From: Cirrosporium novae-zelandiae
Lineage: Eukaryota
Assembly (NCBI GenBank): GCA_026023565.1
Contig: JAPETS010000004.1
Coordinates: 977,812 to 997,811, forward strand
Direction: 5' to 3'
DNA length: 20,000 bases
Made by a program: the position numbers and the translations under genes. The notes below the pieces were generated by a model. The model did no database searches, had not been told where the DNA came from, and worked only from the letters and a program-made list of their open reading frames with translations. Below, one piece after another: positions 1-10,860 of the stretch. Within the stretch, counting starts at the first letter, position 1. The number at the start of each line of letters is the position of its first letter.

Positions 1-57
1 CCCGAGGAGCCGTTGGCTATTGAAGAAACGAAGCGGGAGATGCCAACTACCGCATAA
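1..57 (+). CDS. Possible 3' end of an upstream gene (...PEEPLAIEETKREMPTTA*)
   Basis: Frame 1 is open from base 1 to TAA at 55-57, with coding-like GC content followed by an abrupt switch to AT-rich sequence. Too short to be sure. Confidence 0.3.
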   Translation, partial: PEEPLAIEETKREMPTTA

Positions 58-1120
58 TTTGCATATTTTGTATAAATTCTGAAGTGGGGAGGGAGGAGGG
101 AGTTGTATCTAACGATACAAGAAAAATCCTTCTCTATGATCTATGTTTAAATATCAACGACTGTATACCACAACCCCTTTTTATGAGTATATCATCAACT
201 GGCCAACAACAAGTTGGAGTCGTTTAGGGCTGGCCAGCATGGCGTTTTTCTTTTCTTATACTAACAGCCATGATCAAAGAAGAAAAATGGAACGAAGATA
301 TCTTAAATGTTTTTTTTTATCAATTTTATCATCCTCAGGACCCTTTTTACTCATCTATCCCTACTAATTGAATTCCACGTCATCTAGTTCAACCGCGACT
401 ATACAAAACAACATAAGCTCCTCCCATGAATAATGGATACCTACAGGTTACAACAAAACGAATGGGCAAACTAATAAAGACTCCTCTCTCAACTCTGCTT
501 TGATGAAGATAAAACACAAGATTAAACGAGACGGCTGTTATAGTTTACTGTGGTAAGTAGAATGTCGTGTAATGTAAAAAGAACAGCGCACGAATTAAAG
601 TAATCGTTTAACTAGGTACCTTTTACAGTTAGAGTGCAAAGTATAAACACTGAATTCAAGCATCCCACCAATGAATGTTGAGCTTCGAGATCTTATTATT
701 GGGCCAATTAACCTTTTAGCTTTAGTTTAACCTCTTTGCTAGCGTGGGCCGTTGGTAGCCAATTCAAGGAATAAGCTCCAATTTCCAGCCTCTCTAATCT
801 GCATTGTATTCCAGTGGTAAATTCTTTCTAACGACATTAGGCAGAAACCATACCTAGTATCGCCTAACAATTACTTGAAATCGTTAAATTCCGTGTGGAG
901 CACCCTCACCGTACTGGGGTTTCGCTTGACATCACAGCATTGCCTGGAGTTCCTGAATCTAATCGACAAGCATTATGATCCTACAGCATCCTTGGCTTCC
1001 CTACACCTACATCTATATACCTTATATCGCGCCATTAGATATACTAAAATATACTCCTCTTAAATTTATCAAAAGACTCAAGATCCAATATGTTGTTGTA
1101 TTACTTATTGAACTTGCAAA

Positions 1121-3216
1121 ATGATATCAGGCTACGACCCGATCAATCCCAACTCCATCAACCGGCCTTTCGAAGTCGAGCTAGAAGACGCATTCAAATT
1201 CCATGATGAATCTCTAGGAGACTTATCTGCTTTATCAACAGCTACTTGGGAGAGTAAACCATCTTACGATTACAATGATGAGGTTAACAAAAACCTACCA
1301 ACACACATAAAATCCATCGACGAAACCTCCGCTTCATTTGATCCAAGGGGACGCGCATACCTCGCAGACTGGTGGCTTGAGATTCTAGCCACTATTCTCA
1401 GCGTCTCAGCCCTCGCCGCTATCTTCGTCGTCCTTGTCATCTACTCCTCCCGTCCGCTCGCCAGCTGGCCTTTTAGCATTAACCTCAACACCGTCATCTC
1501 GACCTGTGCGACCGTCTCCAAGTCCTCACTCCTTCTTGCCGTCGCCCAATGTATTAGCCAGCTCAAATGGGCATACTTCCAGAACCCGACCCGCCGTCCT
1601 GGCCGCTTATACGACCTACAGATCTTCGATGATGCTAGCCGTGGTCCCTTGGGTGCATGCTATTTACTAGGATGTGTACATATGGGAGCGAAGCTCGCCT
1701 CTCTCGGGGCGTTGCTGATTATCGTTGCGCTAGCTATGGAGACATTCACGCAACAGGCAGTCCTGTTTATAGAGCGGACGGTGGAGGTGAAGAGCGGAAC
1801 AGCGACAATTAGTCGAGCAGAACAGTATAGCCCCGGACCAATTGCAAAGGACCTCACATATGAGCGCAAGCATCACTCCCTTGTTTGGAATTCCGAAAAG
1901 ACAGGTATTTTTATTATAATTCAGAGACTTTACTTACTTTTTTACTCTCCTTAGTCTCTGATATCAACCCTACAATGGAAGGAGCCATTCTAAGCGGCCT
2001 CTACGGCTCAAGCCATCCTCTAGAGCCCGTCTGCTCCACTAATAACTATACATTTCCCAATTTCACTACCCTCAGTGTCTGTAGTAAATGTGTAAACGTC
2101 ACACAGTCCACAACCCGTAATTGTACTTCCATCGTTGGTATGTGGGCAGACACGGAGAAATATTGTGCTTTCACGACCCCTAGCGGTTTTGACATTGGCG
2201 TAACAAACTTCTACTCCGGAGGTACTGAGCTTGAAGATAAGACCCTCTTCAACGCGAGCACCGATATCGACCCCTATTTCGCTGCCGACTCTTCTCATCA
2301 CGGCATTTGGAACGCCCTTGTCTTCTACGGGGCGGTGCGTCTCCCTACTAGCGGGGCCTTTGATGCCGCTCACGTTTCGGAATGTCAACTTTATTTCTGC
2401 GAGAAGACGTACGGAAACATAACTGTACGTGATGGCTCCACTGTAGAACGTCCCGTCATGGTCAAAAAGCCTCTACGTGCCTACAGCGACATCTCTGGTG
2501 GTGGTGCATACGAGCTTTACAACTACACTAACACTGACAACGCCTATCCCATCGCTCCTCCCTATCGCGTAAAATACGAATACGATCAGGGCCTACGCAA
2601 GTATCTTTACTTAGGTTTATTTAACGTAACCTGATACAACCAAATGCTAGACTACGAGATGCTGTAAATAGGTGGTTCATTAAAAGCCCTCTGGCTCGCC
2701 GGCAACGACCTCGAACCCCTCATGTCCAACGTCGCAGATAACATAGAGCAAGTTATCCGCTCTGCCGCCAACGGAACAACTCACGCAATCGCAGGCAAGC
2801 CTCTGAGGACGGAGACGTATATTCATGTCCGTTGGGAGTGGCTGATTCTCCCGGCTGCCGTGGTGCTGTTCGCGGTTATTTTTCTCCTCGCGACTATTTT
2901 TGGGCCGTACTCTACGCCGGATACGAGGCGGTGGAAGTCGAGCGGGTTGATGTTGCTTTTTACCGAGGTTGTTGGAATAGGCATAGGGAAACACCGGATG
3001 GAGAATGTGCCTTTACATAGTGGCGAGAATGGGGCAAGAGAACCGACAGCGGAGAGCTTTGACAGATGGGGTTTGGAGGAAGTGGGCGATGGTGGTTATA
3101 TCGATTACATGGAGCGCGCAGCACGGAGAATGAGGGTGAGGTTACAGAATAATAGAATCGGAGGAAGGAGATGGCCTACTTTTATCGTTGCTGACGGACA
3201 GAACCAGGAGGCGTGA
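1121..3216 (+). pseudogene. DUF3176-family fungal multi-pass membrane protein, probably pseudogenised (in-frame TGA 2632-2634 and TAA 2665-2667)
   Basis: Family-typical motifs: WWLE...SWPFSINLNTVIS...ISQLKW...DLQIFDDASRGPLG at the N-terminus and ETYIHVRWEWLILP...WKSS at the C-terminus. Intron 1905-1954 (AG|GTATTT...CTTAC...TTAG, 50 nt) joins the 1121 and 1885 ORF frames. The 1885 and 2722 ORFs share a frame, and the sequence between them reads FNVT*YNQMLDYEML*IGGSLKALWLAGNDLEPLMSNVA. Confidence 0.75.
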
Positions 3217-3966
3217 AGAACTGGAAGCCGATTTCGAAATGAGGTAGGAATTATATATTAGATGTATTTTAAATAGATTAAATACAATTATGAAAGATGA
3301 ACGTGTATATATACACCTTTCTTGGGATGCAAAGGATGGACATGGAGTATGGATTCTTATCGGTTAGCGGGTAAGGGGAAAAGTTTGAGCCGACTTCCTT
3401 GAATCTCTATTTTACTTCCATCCGTAAATAATTTGTTGGAATCCGATACTTGGGTATTCTGACTAAGGTGATTAGGTGAGGGGAGGGCTGTAGACGGTTG
3501 GTATTGAGGGAAAGTGCTAATATTGTTATCTTAAAGCCCAACCCATTCGAGCTATTATTGCTACCGAATATATGTCAAACTCATGCTCATCTCTATATTC
3601 CCATCTGCCTAGATATTCATCAGAGTCAGAACCAAGCGACTTATAGAGGACAATACTTACAATCAAGTCCTTTAATGCCTTTGTGACTGTTCGAAGCCTA
3701 GTTTTCCCAGCAATCCCACTCCTTATCACCTGTTTGAGGGATCCCCCACCAACGCTTCCGCTTTCCTTGACTGGTTGTTGATGTTTGATTGACTTATCCA
3801 TTGATGCTACATCATCTCTACGTCCTGCAACAGAAACCACGGAGGATCATTGAATAATTTGCCACCCTCCAAAAAAATACATGTCCTGATATTCAAATAC
3901 ACTATGCCCCCCCCCCCCCACCAAACAGTTAGAAAACGTGACAAAATAGCATGTTCAACATACATA

Positions 3967-4706
3967 TTAATTATTAACTGGTCTGCCACCGCTTGCTGAT
4001 CGAAATTGCTGCATGATCGAGCGTCTTCGCAAACGAAACATCTCATGTCCAAGTCGAGAATTCTCCCTATTCGCAACAACCAGCTCTCCCTGAACCACCG
4101 TCAACTGTCCCTCAACCTCCATCATCCGCTCATTTGCAGCAGCGAGGTCCCTCTCCTGCTTTGCCAACTGTTTCCGGATAGCCGCCGATTCTTCCAGCTC
4201 CAACCGGACAAGCTCAAATAGAGTTGCGAGATTGTCCTTCTCGGAATCGAATTTCGGGTCTGTTTCTTTAATGTGCTGGTTGAAGAGCTCACGTATGTCG
4301 GTAGGAGAGTCCTTGTCGCAATTTTCTTGTTCTTTGTTGAGCTTGTTGTGTTTTAGGAGTCCCCTTATGCTTTCTGGGGTGTAGCTTCGGAGGTTTAGGA
4401 GTTTGTTCTTGGCTTCGAGAGTCGAGAGGCTGCTACGGAGGGCTTGTAGCTCTCTGTTATCTGTTCCTGTGATAGCTTGATCAAGAAGGAATATGGAGTC
4501 GTCGATAGCTTGGGTTTCAGCCCAGTCAAAGTTGAGTATTTCCTCCAGCTCTAGATCTCTGATGCCTTCTGCTGTTGATCGGATAAGGTCATCGCCTGAC
4601 TGGATATTCATTAGCGAGATGAATGTTTATTGTAGGAGATAATTCATGCCAGAGTTCCTATATCAGTTGGCCCAGGAAAGAATTCGAGCTGAGTTGTAGG
4701 ACTCAT
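3967..4706 (-). CDS. Hypothetical coiled-coil protein (~229 aa); exons 4706-4650 and 4599-3967
   Basis: 214-codon ORF rich in E/L/K/R with heptad-like segments (LQALRSSLSTLEAKNKLL; IRKQLAKQERDLAAANERMMEVEGQLTVVQGELVVANRENSRL). An upstream AAAATG at 4706 joins in frame through a 50-nt GC-AG intron (4649-4600). Family not recognised. Confidence 0.6.
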
Positions 4707-6513
4707 TTTTCCCTTGTTTTGTACCATCTTTATTTTCTCGGGTCTAGATCAACTTTTTTTTGGCAATATTTGTTGTTTTAAATGCAGCGAGAATGGTGTT
4801 ATTGATGATCTAGAGATCTAGAAGTCCATGTGCAAAACCGTATTTATAGGCAATGTTGGATGCGATGTGTACCAACGAAGCGTTTGTTCGGTCATATGGC
4901 TATTTCATGGTGGTTGATGTTCTTGGATACTACAGTAGTATTATTGTGGACCAACCATCAAATGGAATAAGGACTGTGATACAGAGCTATTGAAGATGCA
5001 ATATGACAGGGCAGAACTTGCGAGGTAAGTGAAGAGGTGAGCTTTTTACATTGCTGCTCTCGTAAGCAGCCGCTCGGGTTGAGTGAAAGAGTAATATCAT
5101 TAGTATAATCAATAGGCTTTCAAAGTAAGTGATGGTTATGGAGTGAAGCATGTCTGTTGTTATTCTGAGTGGTATATATAACAATCCTAATCAAGGTATT
5201 TCGTTCGTTTATTCTCTATCTGTGTTCAGCGTACCGGTTGACTTGTAGCACTAGTTTTCACCTAAGAATAGTCAGAACCTTCCAAAAGGGGGCTCTCTAT
5301 AAAGATATCTTTAGCTAAGACCTCTACATCGTAGAAAGCAAGGTGGTTGTCGGGCTAGTAGGATGGTTGAAGACGGTATCTTAGGTACTGAAATGTAGGA
5401 TTCCAGTCCGCAAATCAAGTAACTAATCTTTTCTCGTGGCTGGTTGCAGGCCATGTCATAAACTCTTCAACGAGGGTTAAAGTATTCCCACAGATATCAT
5501 TGCGATTATCTGGCTTCCGAATGACACAGTGTTAGGGCACGTCAAGCATAACATCTACGCGCTTGCGAAGCGCTGGCTTGGCGCCTAAACAACCTTATAA
5601 GGAAGACCGCTGCCTGGCAGCGTTCAACTTTTGCATCTACCTCAGGGGGGCACTCCTAAAGCTATCATCATTACTGCGTCTCGAATGCGAATCCTATAGT
5701 ATTATCCTTAGTTAGCCACTATTTAGATGGTTATCCTACCACACAGCCTGAATTAGGCGCTGCCTTTACATGCCTCATATTCCCCTAATCAAATATTGCC
5801 CTAACCTTTAAATTACCGGTTTGGGTTGGAAAAAGTATTTTCATTGTAACCTGTGTGTATTTATCAATCGGCCTTGGGGAGAGGCCTTCAAATCAAATTT
5901 TTTTGTTTGGAGGTATTTTCATGGCTGATAGATTGAGGAGCATCAATTTTCAAATTCTTGTTGAGGGTGAAGGAGAGAATATTTTATTAAATTATGAATT
6001 ATGAATTACATAGACAGTACAAACACCTTTCCGAGCAAACGAGACAAACTGAAATGTATATGAGACCTCTAGTCAATACCTACCAACCTAGGTAGACACC
6101 TAAGCAACTTCACTTCTGTACTCTATGTATCTATATTTCTTTCTTGTGGTCTAATTTTAGTAATACCCAAATACCATTGATCTTGAATCTGTCATCCCTG
6201 CAATCTTAAAGGCATCTCATCCCACTTAGATGAGTATATCTATGACCTTTTGGCATGCTTCTCCGAGTATCTGATAATAAAATCGCCCATCTCCATACTT
6301 CGAACATCATTACTGTTTACTGTTTAGTTAATTGTTATCTCAGTTCCATTTCTTATCACCATATTAAGCCAGGCTATTTCATACACAGGCCATGGAGTTT
6401 TTATCAACTATTACGATGTTTCTTGTCTCCACTATGCCTATATTTCGATTTTCCATAAAATTTATTGTCTTTGATTCTAATATCAGATACCTGCCCTCTC
6501 ATTCTACACAATA

Positions 6514-8243
6514 ATGGGAACCCAAGAACAGTCAACTACCAATGATCCAGTGCTAGAATCCGATTCCAAGGTTAATCCCGACCTGGCTTGCGCAGCCACA
6601 GAACTTGGGATAAAAACTGGCCAGGTTGCAGAATTAAAAGGCGCGGATGCGGTTCTAGTTTATGCCAGCGCAACAGCGATTGATATAGATCCCGAGACAG
6701 ATAAACGACTGCTCCGGAAGATTGATCTTCATGTTCTTCCTTGGCTTTGTGTTTTATATATTCTACAATATCTCGACAAAGGGGTGTAAGTTTTTACCGT
6801 TGTTATACAATACCACTGTCGTACAGGATAAAAAAGAAGATATCCCTGATAGAATGATGATAGTCTTACCTATTCAGGGGTTATGGGCATTAAGACGGAG
6901 GCTCAAATGAGCAGCAGTCAATACTCTTGGCTCGGTTCCATCTACTACCTTGGCTACATTGTCTCAGTCCCTATCCATAACCGTCTGTTCCAGCATTTTA
7001 CACCTTCCAAGTATATCGCTATCAACGTCGCCCTTTGGGGAATGGTTCTTGCCTGCATGGCAGCCTGCAAAGACTGGAAAGGTCTTATGGTTCAACGTAC
7101 ATTTATTGGAGCCCTGGAGGGCTGTATCAATCCCGGATTTATGCTTGTTACAGCTGCTTGGTACAAGAAATATGAGCATGCAAGTCGAACGGGATTATGG
7201 AGTGCTTGTACGGGAATTGCGACGATTATAGGTGGACTCATCGCATATGGATGTGTTTCAGGACAGGATAAAAACCCAAACACGGCGCTCAGCAGCTGGA
7301 AAATCCTCGCGCTGTGCACAGGGCTGCTGTCGGTGGTATATGGTTGTTGCATGTGGTATTTTATGGCAGGCTCTGTTGTAACTGCCAAATTCTTTAATGA
7401 AGAAGAGAGAATATTGGCAGTTGAAAGGCTTCGGAATAACCATCAGGGTGTAGGTTCTCATACCTTCAAGCGCTATCAGGCCAAGGAAGCTTTTACAGAC
7501 TATAGGGTTCGTATTTCTCGTCAAAGACGACGCTCTTATTATTAAGTCCAGGAGCACATTTAACTGATTAACCTTAGACTTGGATGTATGTCGTCTTTGT
7601 TCTCTCCTCTCAAATCCCCGCTGCTGGTCTCGTCCTCCTTCAATCTGTCCTGATTAAGTCTCTGGGCTTCGATAGTAAAACCACCCTTTTACTAGCAATG
7701 CCTACTGGAGCGGTGGGCATCATAAGCAATGTTGGATTTGGCTATCTTGCCGATCGCACAAAACAGCGAAGCCTTGTGGCCATGGTTTGCGCCCTCCTCA
7801 CTCTCTTTGCTGTTAGTCTACTGGTCGGTCTTGGTAATGTAGCGCCTCACTATAAAAAGTATGGCCAGCTGATCGCGTACTTCCTAATGATCGGAACGAG
7901 CGCCACACCATGGTTCATCGTTATTTCTATGATGTCGTCTAACATGCTTGGAACGACAAAAAAGACAACATCATCATCAATTGTGTTCTGTGCCCTTGCA
8001 GTGGCCTATTTCGTAGGCCCCCAAATCTTCCAGGATGGCCCATATTATCCCAAGGCTAAATACGCATCCATTGGGTTATGGGTCTTATCGATCATCATCC
8101 TTTTAGCTTTCTATACCTTGAACCGGTTGGAGAATAGGAGCCGTGAAAAGGCAGTTGGGATGAGGGAGCAAGAGCATGCTGCTGGAATAGAGTTTATGGA
8201 TTTAACTGATAGGGAGAATAAGCTCTTTCGTTATGTTTTATAG
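6514..8243 (+). CDS. MFS transporter, anion:cation symporter / Dal5 allantoate permease-like (526 aa); exons 6514-6785, 6864-7506, 7578-8243
   Basis: Motifs LLRKID..VLPWLC...LQYLDK, LTYSGVMGI, QYSWLGSIYYLGY, WYKKYEHASR, AVERLRNN, GPQIF and the C-terminal FMDLTDRENKLFRYVL typical of Dal5-like permeases. Introns 6786-6863 (GTAAGT...CTGAT...TAG) and 7507-7577 (GTTCGT...CTGAT...TAG) give a continuous 1581-nt frame. Exact substrate unknown. Confidence 0.93.
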
Positions 8244-9058
8244 GACTAGAATTAATAGTTGAAGTTGATCTGTTCATCAGCTGGATAGTTATTATGGTAT
8301 CATCTGCCGATAAGGGAGGTTGGGGGGTGGTTGGAGTGAGGGGCGGCAATGGATGTTGGGTAATGGGTAGCTACTAACTAGTTAATAGGTGATAAATGGG
8401 GTGAATTAAAATAAGTAGCCGCTTACTCCGCTCACTCTGATGACCAGGCTTACCAGGCTCGCCAGGCACTGCCAGGGTTCGGCCCGTTCTCAGGGCACTT
8501 TCTTTGAAGAGCTTAGGATCTTTCTTCTCAAGTGTTGTTGAGTGGTAAGGAAGGCAGTGAAGAAAGTAAAGTAAGAAGGATGAGGGAGTTTGAATAGTTC
8601 GGAACAGGTTTGAAGTTTGTTCGGGCATCACGAGAGTTAATTCAACAATTAGAATCATTCGTTTAGGTTGATTGCCTCATAGAATTTCGACATTTTGATC
8701 ATAGTTGGGATAAGCTGGGAACGTGTCAAGCTTGAAATGGTCACTGGCTCTGAATTGTGTGGAGATTAATATCTTAGCGGATTAGAGCCAAGGGCGCCCA
8801 AAGGCACCCCGAAAGCAACGCTATTTTCCCGTGGTATTCACACCGTATATTCCCACCCATCATTGACCATCCAGACCCCATTGGAACGATTCAGCAGTGC
8901 CACTGAGTCCACCGAGACCCTCCTGCATCAGCACTCACTAGTGCTTGCGATGAGTACCTGAATCCAACCACCATTAAGAAGAATGGTTAACACAAAGTTT
9001 GCGAACAGAGTTACATACATTCACCATCTGGGATGACCTTACGCCCCTCAAGAACACC

Positions 9059-9959
9059 ATGATTGTATCTCCATCCACCACTATTTCCATCAGAGACAGT
9101 CTGTTGTCTGCTGTCTCCAATATTTTTGGCATCTTCACCTTTTCTTTTGCCATAGTCCTTGGCGTATTGCTCTATATGAGAGATGTCGGGGATGGTACCA
9201 AAGATATTGTGAATATATATGCCACCTTGCTATCAGACCTCCAAGAATTGGAATCTTTTAGAGATAAATACTATGTCACCAATTCACGTGGTGAGAGCGA
9301 CTTGCTAGAGAAGGCTGGAAGTCATGCGCAACAAGCTGGGAAGCACATTGAACTTCTCCTGCGCGAACTCACGCGGATGGGATTCAACGATGATTGCAAA
9401 AACGAGGCACCGTGGTGGAACACAGCAATGTTCTTCAGATTGAAGAGAGAGGCCTTTCAAAAGGAAATGACCACCCAAGAGAGAATGATGGAAAGGTTTC
9501 GAGGTTGCGTACAGGCTCTGAACAATCGGTTTGAAATCCCTCCTACACATCCATAACCTAGGCTATTTAATTGGCTAATCATCAAAAAACATCAGCGAAC
9601 AAGACGCCAACCGCGAACTCCTCGAACGAAACAACAAACTCCTACTCGAAATCGTAGCGCGGCTTCGAAGACTAGAGGAAAATCAGCAGCAGCCTGAAGG
9701 ACCTCCAGAGTACGCGAGCCCAACCTCAACCTCAGCCAGAGTTCTCTACCTCAGCACCGCCCCCACACGACCCAGCCTCTTCTCAGAATTGGCCCGATTC
9801 AGCAAGGCCGGCAGCGAATCCCAGACCCGAAGCATCGACCTCGAGTCCAATTCCTCGGACAACGTTATCGAACCCTTCGGACAGGATAGACGTTCCCTTG
9901 AATTCGGGCAGGAATGGGATGACCCTGAATACCTGGATCAGTCACTATATCAAGATTGA
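9059..9959 (+). CDS. Hypothetical protein (~277 aa) with one N-terminal hydrophobic helix, a helical/coiled-coil middle and a disordered tail; exons 9059-9528, 9596-9959
   Basis: ACCATG at 9059; hydrophobic segment DSLLSAVSNIFGIFTFSFAIVLGVLLYM. Intron 9529-9595 (GTTTGA...GCTAAT...CAG, 67 nt) opens a stop-free exon of about 120 codons (EQDANRELLERNNKLLLEIVARLRRLEE...DQSLYQD*) ending at TGA 9957-9959. Confidence 0.75.
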
Positions 9960-10860
9960 TGATAAGACGACGACCTTTTTTACGATTTCCTATTTTCCAC
10001 TTCTACTTTCAAACGCACCCTTTTTTTTTTTAACCATCTCCTCCAGATTTTTGAGTCTACCACTGAACTGAACCTCACTGCTGACCGAGTAAAATCCACC
10101 TTGAAAAGCTGGTTCTATCCCCTGCGCCAAGTGGACTTACTCGAGGCGCGGTGTTGGTTAAAAGTCCGACTCGGAATATATCATCATCAATGAAGAAGAT
10201 AACGAAAATTCAACCCGAAAGCGATTACATACACAACACAATATACGCTCAATACGAAGGATCTCTCCACAATTTCCACCGATACCCAAAAAAAATTCAT
10301 GATTCTTCAATTTCTCCCCACCCCCATTTCATTTCCGGCGCTTTTTTTGGAAAGAAAGAAAGCACACCTCATTTTGATACCCCCCACAGGCGGCAGCAGT
10401 TAGCAAAAAAAAACCCTCAATTGCGTTTGTATTACCACTTTTTTTTACACACACACACAACATCTCTCTCTTTTTTCATTTGTTTTAAATGATGATGCTT
10501 GAATGATGGAAAGATGATATAGCAGGCACATTTCACTTACTTGGCGATTTGGCTTGTCATGATTTATATTGATATGAACTTTGAAGAAGGAGGGAGTTGG
10601 ATTTATGAGGGATGAGGGATGGAGGAAATGAATCCCCTCCGTGGTAGGTTCACTTGATCGCAGATTCCTATATTATATCATATATCATATCATCCGTATC
10701 TAGATAAGAAGCCACAAGAAGACTTAATATGATATAAAACTCATACCCCCAAAAATATATACACTCAAAAAAAAAGACTTTTTCCTCTCCACGCTCACAG
10801 TTTATGAAAAAAAAAAAAGGGTTATAAGTAGTTCTTAATTACAAACCATGCTTATTAAAC

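Noticed and set aside
143..1063. Short ORFs 143-367 and 875-1063
   Set aside because: AT-rich, short and without motifs or splice support; consistent with intergenic noise.
1866..1954. Alternative GC donor (GCAAGC at 1866) for the DUF3176 intron
   Set aside because: Also frame-compatible (89 nt), but the canonical AG|GT donor at 1905 is more parsimonious; unresolved without RNA-seq.
6786..6877. Alternative acceptor TTCAG at 6877 for MFS intron 1
   Set aside because: Causes a frameshift and early stop; the TAG at 6863 restores the family-typical DKGVLTYSGVMGI.
8374..8658. 94-aa minus-strand ORF with a possible GTAAGC donor at 8426
   Set aside because: No recognisable motif and no convincing spliced product; a small gene or antisense transcript cannot be excluded without RNA data.
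10151..10492. 113-aa + strand ORF
   Set aside because: Non-ATG start and homopolymer-rich; lies between two convergent 3' ends and looks like UTR/intergenic sequence.
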